A DNA stretch of 32,000 nt from Cylindrospermopsis raciborskii Cr2010 (GCF_003367075.2 NZ_CP065936.1:1200001-1232000), one strand, 5' to 3'. Positions 21,601 to 30,944 are shown, counted from the stretch's first letter. Translations and numbers: made by a program. The notes: generated from the letters alone by a model not told the origin.

Positions 21601-21701
21601 CCATTTGGCAACAACGGGATCATTGGCAACTCTATCACCTCAAAACCAGATCAGCTCAAGATAAATGTCAGCAACTGGGCCCTTTAGTTTCGGTTAACTG
21701 A
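18636..21701 (+). CDS. Plasmid-type replication protein, CyRepA1-like (TOPRIM-like DUF3854 plus helicase-like domain)
   Basis: About 1021 aa: TOPRIM-like 'IPIIICEGVKKAAALLTQGYVAIGIPG', 'SFYICFDFEN', Walker A 'GVKSAKGTGKTTRLQ', Walker B 'AIVILDEVEQ', and helicase-like 'MVLVTPSLGTGISIDVQHFDRVYG' and 'QALARVRDSVPRF'. The ORF begins at 18600, but the MFIDHLHSQHLEELV start at 18636 looks more natural. Confidence 0.8.
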   Translation: MFIDHLHSQHLEELVHGSSVNLHLAMLNFHSLQGVNAYQHILISNSLPRTNTGMIKSGWLERYGHITAGGWWCSGVDPLNNWQKMEWGCFKPSQPRRNKNGKSIKYEHPPSTPTRIFCLRVTEEIWHQISQRYDVTMPKDINISDDGEAQGFWPWVIESNIPIIICEGVKKAAALLTQGYVAIGIPGITSGYRVIKNEFGKVTRRRLILDLEVFANRQLSFYICFDFENQPRKATAINNAISQLGYLLERKNCSVKVIKLPGKEKGVDDFITAKGAEAFEQVYNQSMSLEVYIAQTKPHIDLTVTPSVTINQSYLDRICLPSTGLVGVKSAKGTGKTTRLQAVVEEAKNRCQPILLITHRILLGKFLCEKIGIRWGIHPENQSPPSSSPTKSFGLCVDSLWKVNPQDWQGAIVILDEVEQSLWHLLNSNTCKNKRIKILSVFQQLIATVVNTEGLVIAQDADLSDVSLEYLQGLAGNKITPWVLVNKWKPKRGWDVTFYDSPNPTPLIHQLELDLITGKKCYVTTDSRTGRYSCETIEDYLQDRLYKLKRQFPHSLVVSSQTTNTPAHPAIECLSAINQKITDYDMVLVTPSLGTGISIDVQHFDRVYGIFQGVIPDSEARQALARVRDSVPRFVWCAKRGIGLIGSGSTNYQLLSDWYQENQKENLALLSPLHKIDVDLPAVYDPIHLRTWAKLSARVNSSITFYRQSLQEGLIAEGHKVTIGNNTDYNSIIRELRSAFLKTSVNDLATRTRLILEIVQVQKDWEQTRQQSQHIKRNIKEIKEHNQLMIAQAVVAAKNIDYVEYQQLLTKHSLTDEQRYAIHKYILYTRYGVPVTTWLKMRDDQGYYSQLLTHYYLTHESHYFHIKDQQEWKQQLFWGEGKVFLPDLKTYTLKVEALRALGMCQFLAQDRVFQENDDDIIWLKNVAIQSSQHINRALGVDIAKKSQSISGIKILNLLMGLLGLKLRRINQVYQVNFDMLKDGREEIFAIWQQRDHWQLYHLKTRSAQDKCQQLGPLVSVN

Positions 21702-21716
21702 TTTTATCAACTCGGT

Positions 21717-22454
21717 TTAGTGGTTTTTCTTCCGGTAGGTAATTATTAAACTTTGTGCCATGATAGCAAAGGAAGCTACTGCTATTAAACCACCCCAGAA
21801 CCAATAGGGTAAAAGCAAGTATTTTTGCATTTGTCCCGTATCCGAAATTCCTAAAGACCCAGCATTATAACTAAACAAATAGTCCAATTGATGATACGTA
21901 CTTATACAGGCCTGCATCCCCAAGAATTTAACGGTAAAAATCTGTACCCATTTGCTAGTTATTAATGAGATCCACAAAACCCCCAGTCCCAACAGTGGTA
22001 ATGTGATCAAACCAAACCATGAACGTACCCAAACTAAACTAGAAAACAACAAAGCAATACCTAAAATTTTTAGGCTCAATGATGCACTGTTAAAACTGCG
22101 AGAAGACATGATTAACCCTGCACCAGCTATGGGTGGACCCATAGGACCTGCAGCTGCAATCAGAGCGGGAACAAGAGGAATAAAAGATGAGGGTATGGTG
22201 TAAATTGCTACTCCAAATCCATTGCTAAAAATTTGTAACTCACGAAAATTGCCTCCTAAAATAATTGACATCAACCCATGACTGATTTCATGAAACCAGG
22301 TTGCTAGTATGGTGAAGGGATATAAAATATAGTCTCCCATCGGTAATTGCCACAAAATAGCAGTGGTGACTGCTGCTCCCAATAACCAGCTTAAACCCGT
22401 GGACTCAATGTTTGAGGATTGGAGGAAAGTGGACAAGTTCTTTAGTTCTTTCAT
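21717..22454 (-). CDS. M50-like membrane metallopeptidase
   Basis: 245 aa, several transmembrane segments, zinc-binding 'WFHEISHGL' (HExxH), and an Asn/Asp-containing C-terminal region. It is convergent with the rep-like gene. Confidence 0.75.
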   Translation of the reverse strand: MKELKNLSTFLQSSNIESTGLSWLLGAAVTTAILWQLPMGDYILYPFTILATWFHEISHGLMSIILGGNFRELQIFSNGFGVAIYTIPSSFIPLVPALIAAAGPMGPPIAGAGLIMSSRSFNSASLSLKILGIALLFSSLVWVRSWFGLITLPLLGLGVLWISLITSKWVQIFTVKFLGMQACISTYHQLDYLFSYNAGSLGISDTGQMQKYLLLPYWFWGGLIAVASFAIMAQSLIITYRKKNH

Positions 22455-22611
22455 CGGAAATTATCTAAGGCACTATTGTCACAGATACTGCTTCAGATAC
22501 TGATTTTAGCAAAAGTTTTGCTGTTTTGTGGAGAGGTAGTTGCTAGTACCTTCCAGCTAGGCTATAAATCAATCAAAAACAGATCGATCATAGCCTAAAC
22601 TTTTCTCTGTT

Positions 22612-23379
22612 TTAAGAGAGTTGAAATAAGAAAGTTACCAAATCTCCTTTACCTAAACTAATGCGATCGCCTGGACGGAGACGGTGTCGATTTCCCGGTA
22701 ACAATGGCAAATTATTAATATAAGTGCCATTGGAACTACCTACATCCTCTATATAATAAGCATCTCCCTCAACCCGAATATCGGCGTGAATTCGGGAAAC
22801 GATTTCTGAGTTGGAAAATCCAGCCACGTCAATATCTGGGGGGATCCGATCATTGGGCTTACCAATATGAATTACAGATAGATTTTGGGGTAATTCAACT
22901 TCTTGGTTACCCTGAAGATGGAATAATCGTCCTACCACCTGTTGTAATTGAGTCGGTGACAGTTGTACCGGGGGATCTGGTTCCGGTGCTGTGAGTACTG
23001 GTGCTACTACCGGTTCAGGTACTATTGGTAATATAGGACCAGCAACTGGTTCTGGGGGTGTGCTGACTAAAGTAGGTGGCACACTGTAAATTGTGGGTGG
23101 CTGGGTATTAATTCCCAAGGGATCAGATTGTAGTAACTCTAACATGGGGTCAGGAGTAACTAAAGGTGGTACCTCTACGGAGGTTACTGCTACAGTTGGT
23201 TCGGTGACTACGGGGGTGGAGCGCAAGTTATAACCACATTGACCGCAAAAAGCAGCATCAGCCTGTACATTAGCTCCACAACTGGGACAGGTAGTGGTAG
23301 TTGGCAATGGTGTGTAGCAAGCTTCACACTGAACAGCAGCGTCTGGATTAGGATGATTGCAGTTTGGACAAATGATCAT
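22612..23379 (-). CDS. Zinc-ribbon/FHA-domain protein
   Basis: N-terminal CxxC pairs 'CPNCNHPNPDAAVQCEAC...CPSCGANVQADAAFCGQCGYNL' and C-terminal FHA 'HIGKPNDRIPPDIDVAGFSNSEIVSRIHADIRVEGDAYYIEDVGSSNGTYINN'. Confidence 0.92.
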   Translation of the reverse strand: MIICPNCNHPNPDAAVQCEACYTPLPTTTTCPSCGANVQADAAFCGQCGYNLRSTPVVTEPTVAVTSVEVPPLVTPDPMLELLQSDPLGINTQPPTIYSVPPTLVSTPPEPVAGPILPIVPEPVVAPVLTAPEPDPPVQLSPTQLQQVVGRLFHLQGNQEVELPQNLSVIHIGKPNDRIPPDIDVAGFSNSEIVSRIHADIRVEGDAYYIEDVGSSNGTYINNLPLLPGNRHRLRPGDRISLGKGDLVTFLFQLS

Positions 23380-23425
23380 GAATTTAAGCCTTTGTCACTG
23401 TAAAGACAATAGTTGAGATAGGGAA

Positions 23426-24142
23426 TCAGAGTTGTGAACCAGCAGCTGCATCTAGTAGCCATAATAATTCCCCTTGAGGTTTAATCAAGCGAGATGGATA
23501 GGTAAAATCATCTGCTACTTCAGCAAACACCTGGGATAAAGCAGGCCTTTTATTAGCACCAGCAGCTAAAAAGATCACACTTCTGGCAGCATTAATTAGG
23601 GGATAGGTGAAGGTAATACGTGGATTACCATCTTTATTGCCCACAGTAACCAGGCGATCGCGCACTTGTAGAGCTTCCGTGTGGGGAAAGAGGGAGGCGG
23701 TGTGTGCATCATCACCCATACCTAGGAGGACCACATCCAAGGAAGGAAAGGTTCCCGGTGAGCAATGGAAAAATTCTTGTAGATGCTGTTCATACTTATT
23801 AGCATCCGCGACTGGATTGCCAGACAAGGTAGGTACGGCGTGAATATTAGTCTGTGGAATGGGAACCTTATTTAACCAGGCAATACGCGCCATTAATTCA
23901 TTACTATCGGGGTGATTGGATGGTACATAACGTTCATCACCCCAAAAAACATGAATTTTATCCCAATCTAGATTCAAAGAGCCTATTGCTTCATATAAAG
24001 GTTTTGGTGTACTACCACCAGATAAAGCAATAGTAAATTGTCCTCGTTCTTGAATAGCAGTTGCCAAACTAGATAATATTGCATCCTGAGCCCGTGCCAC
24101 CAAACCTTGCAGATCCGGTAAAATTTCTACCCTTTTGTTCAT
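23426..24142 (-). CDS. pgl: 6-phosphogluconolactonase
   Basis: 'FTIALSGGSTPKPLYEAIG', 'VFWGDERYVPSNHPDSN' and 'VLLGMGDDAHTASLFPHT' are diagnostic of the family. Confidence 0.96.
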   Translation of the reverse strand: MNKRVEILPDLQGLVARAQDAILSSLATAIQERGQFTIALSGGSTPKPLYEAIGSLNLDWDKIHVFWGDERYVPSNHPDSNELMARIAWLNKVPIPQTNIHAVPTLSGNPVADANKYEQHLQEFFHCSPGTFPSLDVVLLGMGDDAHTASLFPHTEALQVRDRLVTVGNKDGNPRITFTYPLINAARSVIFLAAGANKRPALSQVFAEVADDFTYPSRLIKPQGELLWLLDAAAGSQL

Positions 24143-24250
24143 GGCTTTATCATATTAGCTTCTCTTCCTTTCAGCATACACTCTCCACCCTAAACTATTC
24201 TCTTTGTCATTACTGTTAACCATTGACCGTTATTCCGCTTCCAAAAAGTT

Positions 24251-24284
24251 GTCCAAAATTGTCTATAAGTAAACAATTTTGGAC
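24251..24284 (-). terminator. 12-bp perfect inverted repeat, possible terminator for the TolC-like gene
   Basis: 'gtccaaaattgt' - 10-nt loop - 'acaattttggac'. On the minus strand it is followed by 'AACTTTTTGG'. Confidence 0.45.
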
Positions 24285-24481
24285 GAAGTTAGTGGTTCAT
24301 CTTCCAAGAATTATCTTTAATACTTTCGTTTGCTTTGAACAGATAGCAAGACAGAAAGAAGTGTCAAGACATATGTACAAGTTATTTAAAAGCATTAAGT
24401 ATTTTTCTTTTTGTGTTAAGAAGTATGAGTTTAGTCACTGTATTTTAAATCCAGTTAGAAGCCAAATTATAGCATTTATTA

Positions 24482-26032
24482 CTATTTAAGCCATTTATTT
24501 AGCGTCATTCCCAAAAACTCTTCTAGTTGAGTCATACTGTTCAGATGACTGATAGTCACGTTCAATTCTTGATTTTTAGCGTCAACTAAACCTTTTTCAA
24601 AATTAATAATATCTGTCGTGGAAACATTGTCACCTGACTTGATTTTTTCCCTGGCACTATTCAGTCTTAATTCCGCTAAATTAGTGGACTGTTTGGATAA
24701 TTGAATTTGTGTAAAACTATCCCTAACATTACGAACCCTATTTCTCAGCTGCTCATTAATATCTACTCTAGTATTTGCTAAAGAGTATTCAGCTTGTTGC
24801 AAATTGACTTCACTTTTGAGTACGGCATTATCCTGAGAAAGATTACCAAACTCACGACTTAACACTAAAGACGATGTAAAATTACCCGAATCCCGCTGAT
24901 AGGAAAAACTATTAAAGCCATAACGCAGATTCAATGTAAGGTCTAAACTTTGCTGATTTTTGGCCTCTGCTAAGGAGAGCTTGGCATTTTCTACAGCATT
25001 AACAGCAAAAAGATATCTGATATTATTATTTTCAGCCAATTTGATCATTTCCTCAAAAGTTGGCAAATTTAAACTGTCTGGGGGAAGAGGTTTTTCTACC
25101 GCAATTAGCATTTTCAAAGGTAGGTCTGTAAGTTTGGTTAGGCTAGCAATTGCTTCAGTTAAATTTGTCTTTACATTAACTAAGTTAAATTCTTTTTGAG
25201 CAATGTCAGCCTGACGTTGAATCAAATCATTTTTGGTAATTTTGCCCTCTGTAAATAGCAGCTGTAACTTGTCAAGTTCTGCTTTGGCACTAGCAAAAGA
25301 ATCTTCCTCAATTTTTAATCTTTCTTGTGCTAACAAGAGATTCCTGTAGGTGACTACCGAATTTGTAATTGTTTGGGCAATAGAATTTCTGAAATTCAAG
25401 ACATTAGTGCTTTCTGTCAGTTTAGCTCTTCTAATGTTTAAAGTGTTTAAATATACGCCAAAGTCTTTCAATAAAGGTTGACTAATACTAAAACTAACAT
25501 CTTGACTGAGAATATTTGGATCTGTTAAAGGTAAATAACTTGAGGAATCTTTGCTATACTGACCTTTCCATACATTTTCTCCATTCCATCCTAAATTTAA
25601 AGAAGCACCAGTAGGCAGTTTCAAATTAATCCCAGCGCCAATACGAGCGGTTGTATTAGTTATAATATCTGTTTTTGTAGGGCCTGAGTCTCCTGGTTCC
25701 CTCGCATTCAGGTTTAAAGATAGCTGGGGTCGTAGAGTAGGGCTAAATATAGACTCAGATTCAGATAATCGTGCTTTATCTACAATACGCTGCAGATAGG
25801 CTATTTTTACATCTCGATTATTTTGTAAAGCTAGATAAACCGCATCAACTAGTTTTAAAGGTATATCCTGATTAGGTTGACTTAATAGTAATTGTATCTC
25901 CGGATTAACTTTTGGTAAATCTTGTTGACTAGGAACATCTTGAGCTTTGACTAAATTGGGTAAGAAGCAAACTAAGCAGAGGGACAAGAAAGATGTTTTT
26001 AATAAAAAAACATTTGTGTTAATCATTTTCAT
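24482..26032 (-). CDS. TolC-family outer membrane protein
   Basis: 516 aa with a signal peptide and repeated coiled-coil TolC/OEP features: 'LVDAVYLALQNNRDVKIAYLQRIVDKARL', 'PTLRPQLSLNLNA', 'ANTRVDINEQLRNRVRNVRDSF'. Confidence 0.85.
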   Translation of the reverse strand: MKMINTNVFLLKTSFLSLCLVCFLPNLVKAQDVPSQQDLPKVNPEIQLLLSQPNQDIPLKLVDAVYLALQNNRDVKIAYLQRIVDKARLSESESIFSPTLRPQLSLNLNAREPGDSGPTKTDIITNTTARIGAGINLKLPTGASLNLGWNGENVWKGQYSKDSSSYLPLTDPNILSQDVSFSISQPLLKDFGVYLNTLNIRRAKLTESTNVLNFRNSIAQTITNSVVTYRNLLLAQERLKIEEDSFASAKAELDKLQLLFTEGKITKNDLIQRQADIAQKEFNLVNVKTNLTEAIASLTKLTDLPLKMLIAVEKPLPPDSLNLPTFEEMIKLAENNNIRYLFAVNAVENAKLSLAEAKNQQSLDLTLNLRYGFNSFSYQRDSGNFTSSLVLSREFGNLSQDNAVLKSEVNLQQAEYSLANTRVDINEQLRNRVRNVRDSFTQIQLSKQSTNLAELRLNSAREKIKSGDNVSTTDIINFEKGLVDAKNQELNVTISHLNSMTQLEEFLGMTLNKWLK

Positions 26033-26179
26033 TTCCGGTGTGTCAAGTTACTTTGGTTTTAGCGGTTATTTGTACAGTAAATGCACTGAAGTTAACCCCA
26101 AAGTTATAATAAAACAAAAAGCCAAAATGATCGGAGAATTTCTGGTTAATATGTTACAGGAAGTATAACTGGATCTAAT

Positions 26180-26959
26180 CTAAATTGCTAGTGTAATCCC
26201 AGGTAGAGCCAACAAAAAATCTGTGATGAAAAGTACCACCCAAGTAGTTACCACCGCAGTAGTTGCGGATTCACCAACCTCCTTAGCGCCTCCCCTAGTA
26301 GTTAGTCCCCAACTACATCCATTCACAGCAACTATTATTCCAAAAATTACGCCTTTGACGATTATCATCATCATATCTCCCGGAGTTAAAAAATCTCGCA
26401 CCGATTCTAAAAAGTTTTCCGGTTGAACTTGGTAAAATTGCAACCCGGCAAAAATTCCACCACTAACACCCATAATTAGTGCAAAAATCATCATTACTGG
26501 CATCATCAAACCGCAAGCAATCACTCTGGGTAAGACTAAATAATCTATTGGATCGGTTTTGAGTAAGTAGAGCGCATCAATTTGTTCAGTTACCTGCATA
26601 GCTCCTATTTCTGCTGCGAATGCTGATCCTACTTGTCCAGCAATCACACTAGCGGTTAAAATTGGAGCTAGTTCTCGACAAAAGGCTACTGCAAAAGCGC
26701 CCCCCAGATTATCAACTGCACCGAATCTGATCAGTTCCCTAGCTGTTTGAATCGTGAAAATCATTCCCGCAAAACCACTTACCAACAAAACTGGGGAGAG
26801 GGAACCCGGTCCTACTTTTAGTGCATGGTCAAGAATTTTCCGATAATAGGTTTTTCCTTGAATTATATGTAGGGAAATTTGACCAAATAGCAATGCTGTG
26901 GACAAACAGCGAAAAATCCACCATTGTTGTATGTTTCTTGTTGAGTGCAAGGTGATCAC
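26180..26959 (-). CDS. MlaE-family ABC transporter permease
   Basis: 'YRKILDHALKVGPGSLSPVLLVSGFAGMIFTIQTARELIRFGA', 'RELAPILTASVIAGQVGSAFAAEIGAMQVTEQIDAL' and 'TRGGAKEVGESATTAVVTTWV' match the MlaE/YrbE permease family. Confidence 0.93.
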   Translation of the reverse strand: MITLHSTRNIQQWWIFRCLSTALLFGQISLHIIQGKTYYRKILDHALKVGPGSLSPVLLVSGFAGMIFTIQTARELIRFGAVDNLGGAFAVAFCRELAPILTASVIAGQVGSAFAAEIGAMQVTEQIDALYLLKTDPIDYLVLPRVIACGLMMPVMMIFALIMGVSGGIFAGLQFYQVQPENFLESVRDFLTPGDMMMIIVKGVIFGIIVAVNGCSWGLTTRGGAKEVGESATTAVVTTWVVLFITDFLLALPGITLAI

Positions 26960-26982
26960 CTGTTTAAGTTTTCTATTTTCTG

Positions 26983-27723
26983 TTAAACATTCAATAAGGT
27001 GTTAAAATCTGGTATTACCGATCTTTGAGCTATCAGTAATTCCCTAATTCCTGTTTCTGCAACGTCCAGGAGCTGATTTAACTGTTGACGACTAAAACTA
27101 CCTGCTTCCGCTGTTCCTTGAACTTCAATAATATTGAGCCTACTGTTCATAACCACGTTAAAATCTACTTCTGCATTTACATCCTCAGTAAAGTCTAAAT
27201 CCAAAAATGCCTCTCCCTTTAATAAACCTACGGAAACAGCAGCTATTTGTCCACATAAAGGCGATCGCTCTAAAACTCCCTGTTGCAACAAGTTAGTAAT
27301 TGCATGAGCTAAGGCTATAAACCCACCTGTAATGGATATAGTTCTTGTACCAGCGTCTGCTTGTAAAACATCAGCATCTACAGTTAAGGTCTTTTCCCCT
27401 AATATTTCAAAATTCAGTGCTGCTCTTAAACTACGTCCAATTAATCGCTGAATTTCTTGGGTGCGTCCCGACAACTTTAATAGTTCCCGTTCTTGTCTTT
27501 GTTGGGTAGCAGAGGGTAACATACGATATTCTGCTGTTAACCAACCTTTTCCACTTCCCATTAAAAATTTTGGCACTCCCTCAGTTATACTAACTGTACA
27601 AAGAACCTGAGTCTCACCACATTGTGCTAACACCGAACCGGGAGCAAAACGAGTAAAATGGGGATAAAAATTTAATGTTCGTAGTTGATCGGGTTGACGA
27701 CCATCGAGACGTTGCCAAACCAT
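26983..27723 (-). CDS. rph: Ribonuclease PH
   Basis: '[15 protein letters not shown]', '[18 protein letters not shown]', '[21 protein letters not shown]' and '[31 protein letters not shown]'. Confidence 0.96.
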   Translation of the reverse strand: MVWQRLDGRQPDQLRTLNFYPHFTRFAPGSVLAQCGETQVLCTVSITEGVPKFLMGSGKGWLTAEYRMLPSATQQRQERELLKLSGRTQEIQRLIGRSLRAALNFEILGEKTLTVDADVLQADAGTRTISITGGFIALAHAITNLLQQGVLERSPLCGQIAAVSVGLLKGEAFLDLDFTEDVNAEVDFNVVMNSRLNIIEVQGTAEAGSFSRQQLNQLLDVAETGIRELLIAQRSVIPDFNTLLNV

Positions 27724-27764
27724 GATTTACCTCTCAGTCTTTTTTGTATTCTCTTGTTTTAGTA

Positions 27765-28301
27765 ATGATTTTTACCCAAATTGACAGTCCAAATATTAAT
27801 CCTGCACCTAGTTTACCAAATTCAGTCGCGGGATCACTACAGGTGTTTACTAGCTCAGAACGTTACTTTTTCACTAACGTTATTTCCCAGTCCCTAAGAA
27901 TTGCCAGTCATGGAACACCTGTATTAATTATCCAGTTTCTTAAAGGGGGTATTAACCAAGGTATAAATAATCCCATACAAATTGGAAACAAGCTAGATTG
28001 GATTCGCTGTGACCTAGCTAGGTCCCCGGACACACCAAATTTCAATGAGGAAGAAATTGGGTCTTTGCATTCCCTGTGGGAATATACACAAAAGGTAGTA
28101 TACGAAGGTAAATATTCCTTAGTGGTTTTAGATGAGTTAAGTTTAGCAGTTGATTTTGGTTTAATTCCCGAAAAGGAGGTGTTGCAGTTTCTGATTGACC
28201 GTCCCACCCATTTGGATATGATTTTGACTGGTCCTCAAATGCCAAAATCTTTTCTTGATTTAGCTGACCAAATTACAGAAATTCGTCGGTTGCAACCTTA
28301 G
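27765..28301 (+). CDS. CobO/BtuR-like ATP:cob(I)alamin adenosyltransferase-related protein, probably divergent
   Basis: '[20 protein letters not shown]' and '[57 protein letters not shown]' match the CobO/BtuR fold. The usual GxGKGKTT Walker A is absent. Confidence 0.75.
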   Translation: MIFTQIDSPNINPAPSLPNSVAGSLQVFTSSERYFFTNVISQSLRIASHGTPVLIIQFLKGGINQGINNPIQIGNKLDWIRCDLARSPDTPNFNEEEIGSLHSLWEYTQKVVYEGKYSLVVLDELSLAVDFGLIPEKEVLQFLIDRPTHLDMILTGPQMPKSFLDLADQITEIRRLQP

Positions 28302-28320
28302 AAAATCCTCAAGGAGTTGT

Positions 28321-28551
28321 GTGAAAAGATTATTCATTTGGCTTATTCAAGGTTATCGGTTATTTATTTCTCCTCTATTTCCCCCCAGTTGTCGGTTTCA
28401 ACCCACCTGTTCCATGTATGCTATGGAAGCTATAGAAAGGTTTGGAGTGTTTCGTGGAAGTTGGATGGCCCTAGGTCGAATTTTACGTTGTCATCCCTTC
28501 CATCCTGGTGGTTATGATCCCGTACCAGAAAAAACCGAGAAATCTCCTTAG
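28321..28551 (+). CDS. yidD: Membrane protein insertion efficiency factor YidD
   Basis: '[64 protein letters not shown]' is the canonical YidD signature. Confidence 0.96.
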   Translation: MKRLFIWLIQGYRLFISPLFPPSCRFQPTCSMYAMEAIERFGVFRGSWMALGRILRCHPFHPGGYDPVPEKTEKSP

Positions 28552-28578
28552 CTTTTCTATCTCCCATATTGCCAGATC

Positions 28579-29256
28579 ATGCGTCCATATCATCAAATTC
28601 CCATTATCGAATCGGGGGAACCATTAGTAGAAATTCCCCTGGAGCTTTTTGCAGTGGAAAACCCCCACCCTTATGCCAAACTAGGCGCACGTTACGGACA
28701 ATATTCACCCTATTTTCTCCGGAAAACAGTGGTCAAAAATCTTATTCATGCCCAGAATTGTTTAAACCTATTGTCTCCTGGATGGCATATTCAAATATTT
28801 GATGCTTACCGTCCAGTAGGAGTGCAGCAATTTATGGTTGATTATAGTTTTATTCAACTGGTAAAAGCAGGGGGAATACTGGAACAAAATTTGTCCGATG
28901 ACCAGCGGGAAAAAATTTGGCAACAGGTATATGAAATTTGGGCTCCACCCAGTTCCAATCCTCACACTCCTCCCCCCCATAGCACTGGTGCAGCAGTGGA
29001 TATTACCCTAGTTAATGAACGGGGGGAAATTATTAATATGGGTTCGCCAATTGACGAAATTTCTGAGCGATCGCATCCCGATTATTATCTGAACAAACAT
29101 AGCCAATATCACCAAGGTCGAGAAATGCTAAATAACATTATGTGTCAAGCAGGTTTTCAACGTCATCCACGAGAATGGTGGCACTTTTCTTTTGGAGACC
29201 AAATGTGGGCCTGGTTATCCCATCAATCAACAGCAATTTATGGCTTTTGTGAATGA
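28579..29256 (+). CDS. M15-family D-alanyl-D-alanine dipeptidase (VanX/DdpX-like)
   Basis: 'IQIFDAYRPVGVQQFM', 'HSTGAAVDITLVNERGEIINMGSPIDEISERSH' and 'PREWWHFSFGD' are M15D signatures. Confidence 0.9.
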   Translation: MRPYHQIPIIESGEPLVEIPLELFAVENPHPYAKLGARYGQYSPYFLRKTVVKNLIHAQNCLNLLSPGWHIQIFDAYRPVGVQQFMVDYSFIQLVKAGGILEQNLSDDQREKIWQQVYEIWAPPSSNPHTPPPHSTGAAVDITLVNERGEIINMGSPIDEISERSHPDYYLNKHSQYHQGREMLNNIMCQAGFQRHPREWWHFSFGDQMWAWLSHQSTAIYGFCE

Positions 29257-29295
29257 ATATTCAACAATCATTAAACAATTAATATAGGAAAATAA

Positions 29296-30288
29296 ATGAC
29301 TGTCCAAACAGGTTTAAAAGTCTTCTCTGGACTCAATTCTCAAACATACGAGCATCCTTTTGATAAACAGGCTTTAGCATCTTTGAGAAAAATGCCAGGC
29401 ATATCAACAATACTTAAAAAAATCAATGAATATAGTATTGACAGATTACTAAGATTACAAACGCTGGGTAGTGAAATTAGAGTTACAAAGAGGAATTTTC
29501 CTAAGTTGTATCAAGCATTAGTAACAGCTTGTGAAGTTTTAGATGTTTCTCCCTTGCCAGAATTATATTTATTTAGGGGAACAGGTTATATTCAAAGCTA
29601 TATTATTGGCGTAGAAAAACCCCTAATTGGCGTAAACTTAGAAGCTATGGAATGGCTTAATTCCGAAGAACTACTCTACTTAATTGGAAGTGAGATAGCT
29701 CGTATTAAAAGCCAAAATGTAGTCTACCATCAAATAGCAATTGTGATGCCAAATATTAAAAATTTATTGATCAGCACTACCCTAGGTATTGGCGGTTTGG
29801 TTGCTAGCGGAGTTGAATTGAGTTTATATAATTGGCTAATGATGTCTAAATTAACAGCCGATCGCGCAGGGCTATTAGCTTGTCAAGATATTAATGTAGC
29901 TACCACCACTTTGATGAAAATGGCAGGTTTACCCCAAGAATATTTAAATGATGATGTCATGAATGATTTTATCATCCAGTCACGTGAGTTCGCATCTAAT
30001 AATTTGGATACTTTAGATAAAATTACTAAAATACTAAGCTATGCTGAACCAAGACCTTCTTGGATCATTATGCGCACAGGAGAATTATTAAAATGGTATA
30101 ATTCTGGCGCATACGATAGCCTAATTCAGGGAAATTTTACCTCCTCAGATTATGTACCAAAAACAGAAGAAGTGGAAGATTTAGATAGTATACAAAATAC
30201 AGAAGATGGAGATCAGATCAAACACCCACAAAATCAGCAAAACAATCAGACAGGTTCAGAAGATTGGAATTTCATATCCTCTTGGTAA
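29296..30288 (+). CDS. M48-family metallopeptidase-like protein
   Basis: 330 aa resembling the cyanobacterial M48 family ('LQTLGSEIRVTKRNFPKLYQALVTACEVLDVSPLPELYL', 'LTADRAGLLACQDINVATTTLMKMAGLP'). The usual HExxH is replaced by 'LIGSEIARI'. Confidence 0.7.
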   Translation: MTVQTGLKVFSGLNSQTYEHPFDKQALASLRKMPGISTILKKINEYSIDRLLRLQTLGSEIRVTKRNFPKLYQALVTACEVLDVSPLPELYLFRGTGYIQSYIIGVEKPLIGVNLEAMEWLNSEELLYLIGSEIARIKSQNVVYHQIAIVMPNIKNLLISTTLGIGGLVASGVELSLYNWLMMSKLTADRAGLLACQDINVATTTLMKMAGLPQEYLNDDVMNDFIIQSREFASNNLDTLDKITKILSYAEPRPSWIIMRTGELLKWYNSGAYDSLIQGNFTSSDYVPKTEEVEDLDSIQNTEDGDQIKHPQNQQNNQTGSEDWNFISSW

Positions 30289-30361
30289 TGGTAATATTTC
30301 CATATACACGCGGAGGCGAGCTAAAATGTCATGTATTAACCTAGGGATAAGTTCAATGAAG

Positions 30362-30781
30362 TCAAATATTGAATATTTCCAAGATTTGTCTACAAATGTG
30401 TTTAAGTTTTTCTCCAACTACACTAGAGGGTGTGGGTTCGCCCACAAAACTCCACTGTTCTATGGTAGAAAGTCGCCATACTTGACCTCGATGGTCAAAT
30501 CCTGATACTTCAACACCTATAGCTTTGGATTGTTGATTAATGGGATCTTGATGAAAGCGAATTTGGATTAACACACTACGACTGCGCCAAGACCTGCTGA
30601 TTCCGGGAAAGTGAAAACCTATATCAATGGAATCAGGATCCACTAGTTGTCTGGTCTCACGGTCATTTTGCCAAGGTTTTAGATCGCTTTTGGCATCAGG
30701 AAATTGTAATTTAAACAAGTTGACTACGGTAGCAATCTTACTAGCTATTTCAAAGTTGGTTGCTTGTTCCGATGCGTTCAC
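30362..30781 (-). CDS. Conserved hypothetical protein
   Basis: 139-aa ORF without a recognised motif. It is isolated and divergent from psbQ. Confidence 0.55.
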   Translation of the reverse strand: MNASEQATNFEIASKIATVVNLFKLQFPDAKSDLKPWQNDRETRQLVDPDSIDIGFHFPGISRSWRSRSVLIQIRFHQDPINQQSKAIGVEVSGFDHRGQVWRLSTIEQWSFVGEPTPSSVVGEKLKHICRQILEIFNI

Positions 30782-30944
30782 GTCAAGACTCTCCTAATAT
30801 TACATTGGACTGGTTTGCTAGGGAATCAGTGAAAAAATTCAGCAAAATTCCTCCAAAAACTTTCCCACTGTAGAATGAGAAATTACAGTACCGATCTAAA
30901 ATAAATCTGTCAATTGCTTAACAAACACTAAATTAATTTTCTTT

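Noticed and set aside
24223-24489. 88-aa plus-strand ORF
   Set aside because: It overlaps the intergenic inverted repeat and the end of the TolC-like gene, with low-complexity composition and no recognisable family.
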